Shown here: positions 17,418-25,300 of the stretch, piece after piece | Position numbering within the stretch: position 1 is the first letter of the stretch | How the letters are laid out: every line of letters begins with the position of its first letter | DNA from: an uncultured candidatus Brocadiaceae bacterium | GTDB lineage: Bacteria > Planctomycetota > UBA1135 > UBA2386 | DNA: 64,000 nt | Direction of reading: 5' to 3' | NCBI GenBank assembly: GCA_964538915.1 | Contig: CAZIFB010000023.1 | Location: 3,294 to 67,293 of the forward strand | Position numbers and translations under genes: made by a program | Notes under the pieces: model-generated | Databases searched by the model: none | Seen by the model: only the letters and a program-made list of their open reading frames with translations | What the model was told of the DNA's origin: nothing

Positions 17418-17840
17418 TCAGACGTTGAACTGGAACTCGACCTTGTTCGGCAGCTGCACGTCGAGTTCGTAGAGCGACTTGATCTCGATCGTGTAGGAGC
17501 CGGGCGGGAGCGGCGCCTCGAGCGGGAAGGTCCAGCGGAACTCGCGGTAGGTCTTCGGCTGGATGTCGAGGCGCACCGACTGGCCCTTCGGATTGGCGGG
17601 CGACAGCTCCTTGTCGCACTTCATCCGGACGTCGCAGAGATCGAACGACACCTTGAGGTCGTGGTCGTTGAAGATCTTGACGCCGATCTCGATGCCGCGC
17701 TTGCCGTTCTTCACGCGCACGACGTCGACGAGAAGACCCGCCACGCTCACCTGGGGCGGCTGCGGGACGCGGCAGCCCGTGGCGATGGCGCATACGCACA
17801 GGAGCGGAATCGCGAAGCGAGCGGAAGAGGGGTTGCGCAT
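17418..17840 (-). CDS. small lipoprotein, unknown function (140 aa)
   Basis: Start moved to ATG 17840 inside track ORF 17418..18026. Lipobox AIATG|C. Non-biased beta-rich sequence. No family recognised. Confidence 0.6.
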   Translation of the reverse strand: MRNPSSARFAIPLLCVCAIATGCRVPQPPQVSVAGLLVDVVRVKNGKRGIEIGVKIFNDHDLKVSFDLCDVRMKCDKELSPANPKGQSVRLDIQPKTYREFRWTFPLEAPLPPGSYTIEIKSLYELDVQLPNKVEFQFNV

Positions 17841-17974
17841 CCCCCCAGTTTGGCAAGGCCGGGACCCTTCGTTCAAGTGCAGCGCATGCGGATCGCGCAG
17901 AACGTGTGCGAACGCCGCGGCGCCGGGCTCCCGCGTTGACCCTCTCCCGCGCCGTCGACATGATGCGCGGCCCG

Positions 17975-18730
17975 ATGGTCGGCCAGACACCCTCGACTGC
18001 TGCGGGCCCGCGTGCGCGGCGGGCACTGGTCACTGGCGGCAGCCGCGGGATCGGCGCGGCGATCTGCCGCCGGCTCGCGGCCGACGGCTATGCGGTGATC
18101 GTGAACTACCGCTCCGACGGCGCGGCAGCCGCGAAGGTCGTCGGCGACATCGAAGCCGCCGGCGGCGAAGCCGTGGCGGCGCAGTTCGACGTCGCGGACG
18201 GCCCCGCCACCGCGCGCGCGATCGCGACACTGCTCGAAGAGCCGCGCCCGATCGCCGTGCTGGTGAACAACGCCGGCGTCGCGCGCGACGCGGCGTTCCC
18301 GGCGATGACCGAGGAGCAGTGGCACGACGTGATGCGCACGACGCTCGACGGCTTCTTCCACGTCACGCACCCTCTGGTGATGCCGATGGTGCAACGCAAG
18401 TGGGGCCGCATCGTCAACCTCTCGTCGATCTCGGCGCTGCGCGGCAACCGCGGCCAGGCCAACTACGCCGCCGCGAAGGCGGGCATCCTCGGTGCGACGA
18501 AGACGCTCGCGATCGAACTCGCGAAGCGCAAGATCACCGTGAATGCAGTCGCGCCCGGACTCGTGGAGACCGAGATGATCGCGGGCGTGCCCGAGTTCGT
18601 GTTCGACATGATCCCGATGCGCCGCGCCGGGACTCCCGACGAGGTCGCGTCGCTCGTCGGCTTCCTCGCGTCCGAGGACGCCGGCTACGTGACCGGGCAG
18701 GTGATCGGCGTCGACGGAGGCTTCCAATGA
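17975..18730 (+). CDS. fabG: 3-oxoacyl-ACP reductase (FabG/ApeQ-like SDR) of aryl-polyene locus
   Basis: Motifs ALVTGGSRGIGAAI, NNAG, SSISALRGNRGQANYAAAKAG (Ser/YxxxK). Start is ambiguous (ATG 17960 or 17975). Stop overlaps the next start (ATGA 18727-18730). Confidence 0.85.
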   Translation: MVGQTPSTAAGPRARRALVTGGSRGIGAAICRRLAADGYAVIVNYRSDGAAAAKVVGDIEAAGGEAVAAQFDVADGPATARAIATLLEEPRPIAVLVNNAGVARDAAFPAMTEEQWHDVMRTTLDGFFHVTHPLVMPMVQRKWGRIVNLSSISALRGNRGQANYAAAKAGILGATKTLAIELAKRKITVNAVAPGLVETEMIAGVPEFVFDMIPMRRAGTPDEVASLVGFLASEDAGYVTGQVIGVDGGFQ

Positions 18731-19947
18731 ACGACGGCCACGACGTGCTGGTGATCGGCGCGGGACCCGCGGGCGCAACCGCGGCCGGCCTCCTGGCCCA
18801 GACCGGTCACCACGTGCTCGTTCTCGAGAAGGACGAGTTCCCGCGCTTCCACATCGGCGAGTCGCTGCTGCCCGCGGGCCTTCCCGTGCTCGAACGGCTC
18901 GGCATCGATCCCTCGAAGGACACGTTCGTCTACAAGGCCGGCGCCGAGTTCGTCTGCGAAGAGAGCGGGCGGCGCGGCGTCTTCGTCTTCCGCGAGTCGC
19001 TGCCCGGATGCGCGCGCCACGCGTGGCACGTCGATCGCGCCCGCTTCGACAAGGCGCTGCGCGACCGCGCCGTCGCGCTCGGCGCGGAGATCCGCCACGG
19101 CGCGACCGTGGTCGACGCGGGCGTGAACGGCGACTCCGTGTTCGTAAAGACGCGCGAGGCCACGTTCCGTGGGCGCTACCTGATCGATGCGTCGGGCCAG
19201 TCGCGGCTGCTCGGGCGACGAGCGGGCACGCTGAAACCGTACGACCGCTTCGGCCACTGCTCGGTGTTCACGCACTACGAAGGACTCGGCGATGCGGCGG
19301 TCGAAGAGATCGGGCCGACGACGAACAACATCCGCATCATGCTGCGACCCGAGGGCTGGGGCTGGATCATCCCGTTGCCCGATCGCGCCCTCAGCGTCGG
19401 CATCGTCGGGCGAGCGAAGATGACGCCCGACGACCTCGATCGTGGCCTGATCGAGAGCCCGATGGTGAAGCGGCTCACCGCCGGTGCACGCCGGCTCGGC
19501 ACACACGTGGTCGGCAACTTCAGCTATCGCAACACGGTGCCGTCGGGCTCACGGTTCACGTCGATCGGGGACGCCGCGTGCTTCCTCGACCCGGTCTTCT
19601 CGTCGGGCGTGACGCTCGCGCTGCGCGGTGCCGAAGCGGTCGCCGACAAGCTCTCGGACGCGCTGAAGAACGGCACCGAGGCCGACCCCGCGTTGCTGCA
19701 CGCCCACGACAGCGGGATGGATCGCGCATACCGCACGTTCGCCGCGCTGATCGAGCGCTTCTATCACACGAACTTCGCCGAGACGATGTTCCTCGGCCCC
19801 GTCGACGACCAGCCGCTGCGGCGCGGCGTGATGAGCGTGCTCGCGGGCGACGTCTGGCGCGAGGGCAATCCGTTCCAGGACATGCTGCTCGCAGCGAAGC
19901 GCAAGGAGAAGGCGGCGGACGCGAGGCGGAGCGGCCATGCGAACTGA
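18727..19947 (+). CDS. FAD-dependent halogenase-like oxidoreductase
   Basis: C-terminal part of track ORF 17563..19947. Motifs VLVIGAGPAGATAA (GxGxxG), EGWGWIIPL (WxWxIP, 19354-19377), FLDPVFSSGV. Confidence 0.8.
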   Translation: MNDGHDVLVIGAGPAGATAAGLLAQTGHHVLVLEKDEFPRFHIGESLLPAGLPVLERLGIDPSKDTFVYKAGAEFVCEESGRRGVFVFRESLPGCARHAWHVDRARFDKALRDRAVALGAEIRHGATVVDAGVNGDSVFVKTREATFRGRYLIDASGQSRLLGRRAGTLKPYDRFGHCSVFTHYEGLGDAAVEEIGPTTNNIRIMLRPEGWGWIIPLPDRALSVGIVGRAKMTPDDLDRGLIESPMVKRLTAGARRLGTHVVGNFSYRNTVPSGSRFTSIGDAACFLDPVFSSGVTLALRGAEAVADKLSDALKNGTEADPALLHAHDSGMDRAYRTFAALIERFYHTNFAETMFLGPVDDQPLRRGVMSVLAGDVWREGNPFQDMLLAAKRKEKAADARRSGHAN

Positions 19948-21106
19948 CCCGCTCCGGGTCACCGGATACGCGATGCTGAGTGCGCTCGGCGGCTCGCGCG
20001 ACGAACACCTTCGCTCGATGATCGAAGGCCGCACGGGTCTCGGCAAACCTCCGTTCGAGCTGCCGTTCGCGACCGCGGTGGGCGCCGTCACAGCGCCGCT
20101 GCCCGACCTGCCCGCGCCGCTCGCGCCGTGGTCGACGCGTCTTGCACGGATGTCGGCGCAGCTGATCGCACAGCTCGACGAGCCGCTCCGCCGCGCGCGA
20201 CAGAAGTGGCGCCCCGAGCGCATCGCGGTCCTGCTCGGCACGAGCACGGCCGGCGCCGACTCGACGGAGCGCGCGTACCGCGCCTTCATCGCCGACGGCC
20301 GCTTCCCCGACCGCTACGACTTCCTCCGCCAGCACACGTTCGGCGCGGTGCTGCACGTCATCGCCGAACTCGCGGGCGCCCGCGGTCCGGCGTGGATGGT
20401 GTCGACCGCGTGCACGTCGAGCGCGAAACCGTTCGCATCGGCGGCGCGCCTCATGGCGACAGGCATGATCGATGCGGCGATCGTCGGCGGCGTCGACACG
20501 CTGTGCCAGATGACGCTGCACGGCTTCGAGTCGCTGCAGGCGCTCGACCGCGCGCCGTGCCGGCCTTTCCACAAGGACCGTCTCGGCATCAGCATCGGCG
20601 AAGGCGGCGCGTTCGCGCTGGTCGAACGCACGGGCGACGCACGCGTGCTCATCGAGGGCGTCGGCGAGACGTCGGACGCCTACCACGTCAGCGCGCCGCA
20701 CCCGGAAGGCGCCGGCGCGCTCGCCGCGATGAAGGAGGCGCTGCACTTCGCCGGACGCACCGCGGACGACGTCGACCACGTGAACGCGCACGGCACCGGC
20801 ACGAAGCTGAACGACAGCGCCGAGGCGAAGGCGATCGGCGCTCTCTTCGCGCGGCCGATCCCCGTCGTGTCGACGAAGTGCTACACGGGTCACACTCTCG
20901 GGGCGGCGGGTGCGCTCGAGTTCGCGTTCTCCGCCTGCGCCATCGAAGAGGGCTGGGTCCCGCCGGCTCTGGGCGCCGACGAACTCGACCCGGAGATCCG
21001 CCTCCACGTGCCGCGCGACGTCGTGCGCGGCACCTACCGTCGCGTGATGAGCAACTCGTTCGCGTTCGGCGGCAACAACGTCGCGATCCTCGTGGGGGCA
21101 CCGTGA
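19937..21106 (+). CDS. beta-ketoacyl-ACP synthase (KS, FabB/F-like; APE type II PKS)
   Basis: Cys-His-His contexts VSTACTSS, AYHVSAPHP, NAHGTGT, and C-terminal NSFAFGGNN. Overlaps the upstream gene by 11 nt. Confidence 0.9.
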   Translation: MRTDPLRVTGYAMLSALGGSRDEHLRSMIEGRTGLGKPPFELPFATAVGAVTAPLPDLPAPLAPWSTRLARMSAQLIAQLDEPLRRARQKWRPERIAVLLGTSTAGADSTERAYRAFIADGRFPDRYDFLRQHTFGAVLHVIAELAGARGPAWMVSTACTSSAKPFASAARLMATGMIDAAIVGGVDTLCQMTLHGFESLQALDRAPCRPFHKDRLGISIGEGGAFALVERTGDARVLIEGVGETSDAYHVSAPHPEGAGALAAMKEALHFAGRTADDVDHVNAHGTGTKLNDSAEAKAIGALFARPIPVVSTKCYTGHTLGAAGALEFAFSACAIEEGWVPPALGADELDPEIRLHVPRDVVRGTYRRVMSNSFAFGGNNVAILVGAP

Positions 21107-21882
21107 GCTCGCCGCGCATCGCCGTCACCGGGCTCGGCTTCTGGGCCACGGGATTCCCAACCGTCGCCGCGTGGACCGCGGGCACCGCGGATCCGACCGC
21201 CGACAAGCCGCAGGGCAAGGCCCTCGACCGCGTGAACCGCCGACGCGCCGGCCCGCTCGATCGCGCCCTGGCCGACGTCGTCGCCGACGCGATCGCGCAA
21301 GCGGGCGTCGATCCGGCGAGCGTGCCCGTCGTCGTCGGCTCGTCGATCGGCGAAGCCGTCACGATGATCGGCCTGCTCGACGAGATGTGGCGCAACCACA
21401 ATCCGATGTCGCCCGCCGACTTCACGATGAGCGTGCACAACGCCGCGTCGGGGCTCATCTCGATCTCGAACAAGAACCGCGGCATGACGACTTCGATCGC
21501 CGCGGACGAGAACACACCCGCCGCCGCGCTGCTCGAGGGCATCGGTCTCGCGCTCACTCGCGAAGTGCCCGTCGTGGTCGCGTGTGCCGACGAACCCGCG
21601 CCGCCGACGCTCGTACAGCACGCGCCGCCGTGGGCGATGCTCGCGTCCGCCGTCGTTCTGGCGCCGCAGGGCGCCGCCGGCGCGCTCGCACATCTGGAAG
21701 TCGAAGAACGCGGAACGCCGACCGTCGTGCCGGGACCGTTCGCGCCGCTGCTGCTCCAGAACCCGCAGATCGGCCTCGCGATGGTCGTCGACGCGATCGC
21801 GCGCGGCGCACGCGGCGTGCTGCCGCTCGATCGCGGCACGGGCCGCGGCCACGTCGCGCGCATCTCCGCCGGCACGCCATGA
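21103..21882 (+). CDS. KS-like chain-length-factor-type protein (no recognisable active-site Cys)
   Basis: GTG 21103 overlaps the KS stop (GTGA). C-terminal part of track ORF 20128..21882. Sequence VSSPRIAVTGLGFWATGF...NAASGLISISNKNRGMTTSI resembles the KS N-terminal half but lacks the ACxS and HGTGT motifs. Confidence 0.7.
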   Translation: MSSPRIAVTGLGFWATGFPTVAAWTAGTADPTADKPQGKALDRVNRRRAGPLDRALADVVADAIAQAGVDPASVPVVVGSSIGEAVTMIGLLDEMWRNHNPMSPADFTMSVHNAASGLISISNKNRGMTTSIAADENTPAAALLEGIGLALTREVPVVVACADEPAPPTLVQHAPPWAMLASAVVLAPQGAAGALAHLEVEERGTPTVVPGPFAPLLLQNPQIGLAMVVDAIARGARGVLPLDRGTGRGHVARISAGTP

Positions 21883-22313
21883 GCCCGTTCCCGCCGATCG
21901 TCGACCTCGTACCCCACGCGCCGCCGACGGTCGCACTGGACGAGCTCGTCGACTGGAGCGAAGACGGCGCCGCCGCCGAGCTGACCGTACGCGACGGCGG
22001 CCTCCTCGTACGCGACGGGCTGGCCGACACGGTCGTCTGCCTCGAATACATGGCGCAAACCGTCGCGGCGTGCCTCGGCTACGGCGCGTTCCGCGGCGGC
22101 GTCGGCGTGCGCGTCGGCATGGTCGTCGCCTGCCGCCGCCTCACGCTGCATCGGTCGCACGTGACCGTCGGCGAACGCCTGCGCACCCGCGTGACACGAC
22201 TGCGCGCCACCGACGACATCAGCAGCTTCGAGGCCGAAGTCCGCGATGCCCACGGCGCCTCCGTCGCGACCGCGACGATGACCCTCGTGCACGCCGAAAA
22301 GCCGCCGACCTGA
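21879..22313 (+). CDS. hot-dog fold 3-hydroxyacyl-ACP dehydratase-like protein (ApeP-like)
   Basis: ATG 21879 overlaps the upstream stop (ATGA). 144 aa. LEYMAQTVAACLGY and a single hot-dog-sized domain. C-terminal part of track ORF 21171..22313. Confidence 0.7.
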   Translation: MSPFPPIVDLVPHAPPTVALDELVDWSEDGAAAELTVRDGGLLVRDGLADTVVCLEYMAQTVAACLGYGAFRGGVGVRVGMVVACRRLTLHRSHVTVGERLRTRVTRLRATDDISSFEAEVRDAHGASVATATMTLVHAEKPPT

Positions 22314-22380
22314 CGCCGCCGCGACCGCGACCGACGACTGCCCTGTTCCCAGCGGCCGCCGGGTCCGGTCGAATCCGAGG

Positions 22381-25300
22381 ATGCCCTCGCCCACCCTCGC
22401 GCTGCTCGCCCTGCTCGCGCCACAAGAGCCGGCGGCTCCCCCGACGCGACCGTTGTCGTTCGAACGGCAGGTGCTGTCGGACCGGTTCCTGTGCGAAGGC
22501 GCCGGGTTCGGCGACCTCGACGGCGACGGCGACGCCGACGTCGTCGCCGGACCATGGTGGTACGAAGGCCCGGAGTTCACGCAGCGCCACGCGCTGTATC
22601 CCGAGAAGCAGTTCCACCGACTGCACTACTCGGACAACTTCTTCGCGTGGGTCCGCGACGTCGACGGCGACGGGCACAACGACGTCTTCTGCGTCGGCTT
22701 CCCGGGCCAGGACGCGTTCTGGTTGCGCAACCCCGGCGAAAAGGACGGTGAGTGGGTACGCCACGTCGTGTTCCAGGGCATCGACAACGAGTCGCCCGAG
22801 TTCGTGGACCTCACCGGCGACGGCAAGCCCGAACTCGTCTGCCAGAACAACGACCGGCTCGGCTGGATCCAGGCGGACTGGAACGATCCGAAGAAGGCGT
22901 GGACGTTCCACACGGCGCTCGGCAAGGGCGCGGGCGCGGCGTTCACGCACGGGCTAGGTGCCGGCGACATCGACGGCGACGGGCGCCGCGACATCGTGAC
23001 GGCGCGCGGCTGGTACGCGCAGCCGAAGGAACTCACGTGCGATCCGGAGTGGACCTTCCACGCGGTCCCGTTCTCACCCGGTCACGGCGGCGCGCAGATG
23101 CTCGTCACCGACGTCGACGGCGACGGCGATGCCGATGTCGTGACTTCGTACTCCGCGCACGGCTGGGGCCTCGCGTGGTTCGAGCAGCAGGAGGCAGGCG
23201 CCTTCGTCGCGCACGAACTGATGCCGGCGAAGCCCGCCCCGGGCAATGTCAGCGAGCTGCACGCGCTCTGCCTGTGCGACCTCGACGGCGATGGCCTGCA
23301 GGACGTCGTGACGGGCAAGCGCTGGTGGTCCCACGGCCCGACGAAGGACGGCAACGCCGACGGCGCAAACGATCCGGCGATCCTGCTGGGTCTCCTGCTT
23401 CGTCGCGACGGCAAGAGCGCGCGCTACGAGGTGACGGTGCTCGACGGCGATTCCGGTGTCGGCACGCAGGTCGTCGCGGGTGACGTCGACGGCGACGGCG
23501 ACACGGACGTGGTGGTCGGCAACAAGAAGGGCACGTTCGTGCTCCGCCAGCAGGAGCCGAAGAAGGTCGGCAAAGCACCGGCGGCCGTCGGCGAGCCTCC
23601 CGACCTCGACTTCGAGAGCGGTTCGCTGCGCGGATGGACCGCGACCGGCAACGCCTTCGAGGGCCAGCCGATCCGCGGCGACACCGTCGCCGCGCGTCGC
23701 GCGAAGATGCGGAGCGCACACCAGGGCGAGTTCTGGGTCGGAGGCTACGAACTGCTCGGCGACGAACCGACCGGTACGCTGACGTCGAACCCGTTCCCGG
23801 TGACCGGCGCGTGGGCGACGTTCCTGGTCGGCGGCGGCGAAACCGACGCGACGCGGGTCGAAGTGCTCGATGCCGCCGACGACCGCGTGCTGTTCTCCGC
23901 GCACGGCACCAACCGCGAAACGATGGAACCGGTGCTGCTCGACCTGCGCGCGCACGCCGGGAAGTCGCTGCGCATCCGCCTCGTCGACGAAACGAGCGGC
24001 GGCTGGGGCCATGTGAACTTCGACGCATTCCTGTTCCACGACGCGCCGGTGCGCGGGACGCTGCCCGACTCGATCGGCGGCCTCGCGCCCGCGGAAGCGG
24101 CGCGCGCGATGACGGCCCTGCCCGGCTTCCAGGTCGATCTGATCGCCGCAGAGCCCGACCTACACCAGCCCGTCGCGCTCTGGGTCGACCAGCGCGCGCG
24201 ACTCTGGGTCGCCGAGGCGTACAGCTACCCGACCCGCCGCGAGGACAAGGACGCGAGGGACACGATCCTGGTGTTCGAGGATCGCGATCACGACGGCAGC
24301 TACGAGAGCCGCACGGTGTTCTTCGACAAGCTGAACCTCGTGAGCGGCCTCGCGTGCGGCTTCGGAGGCGTCTGGGTCGGCGCCGCGCCGCACCTCCTGT
24401 TCATCCCCGACGCGAACGGCGACCTCGTGCCCGACGGGCCGCCCGAGGTCGTGCTCGACGGCTTCGGCTACGAGGACACGCACGAGACGCTCAACAGCTT
24501 CACCTGGGGCCCCGACGGCTGGCTCTACGGCACGCACGGCGTCTTCACCGAGAGCAACGTCGGCGTCCCGGGCACTCCGGCCGATCGCCGCGTCGCGCTG
24601 ACGTGCGGCGTGTGGCGTTTCCAGCCGCAGCGCCGCGAGTTCGAAGTGTTCGCGTACGGCACGAGCAACCCCTGGGGCGTCGACTTCGACGAGCGCGGCG
24701 AAGCGTTCCTCGCGTGCTGCGTGATCCCGCACCTGTGGCACATGGCGCAGGGTGGGCGTTTCCGCCGGCAGAGCGGCAGCCACGCCGACCCGCACCCGTG
24801 GATCGAGATCGCGACGATCGCCGACCACCTGCACTACGCGGGCAGCACGCGCGACCACGCGTGGTGGGGCCGGGAGCGGGCCGTCGTCGACCCCGGCACC
24901 GACGCGGCGGGCGGCGGCCACGCCCACTGCGGCACGCTCATCTACAAGGGCGACGCGTTCCCGCCCGAGTTCCGCGGCGCGATGCTGTTCCACAACATCC
25001 ACGGCAACCGCGTCAACCAGGACCGCCTCGAACGCCGCGGTTCGGGCTACGTCGGCCACCACGCTCCCGATCTCGTGAAGGCGAACGATCCGTGGTTCCG
25101 CGGCGTGGCGCTGCGGCAGGGTGCGGCCGGCGAGGTCTTCTTCATCGACTGGTACGACAAGCTCGCGTGCCACCGCGAGAAGCCGGAGCTCTGGGATCGC
25201 ACGAACGGCCGCATGTACCGCCTGAGCTACGGCGCGCCCCGCGGAGTGGACGTCGCGTTCGACGCAGAGACCGACGATCAGCTCGCGGCGGCCCAGGCGA

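Noticed and set aside
17934-17971. Sigma70-like promoter TTGACC-17 nt-CATGAT upstream of fabG
   Set aside because: The -10 matches only 3 of 6 positions and overlaps candidate start codons. Promoter consensus for this lineage is unknown. Too weak to report as a feature.
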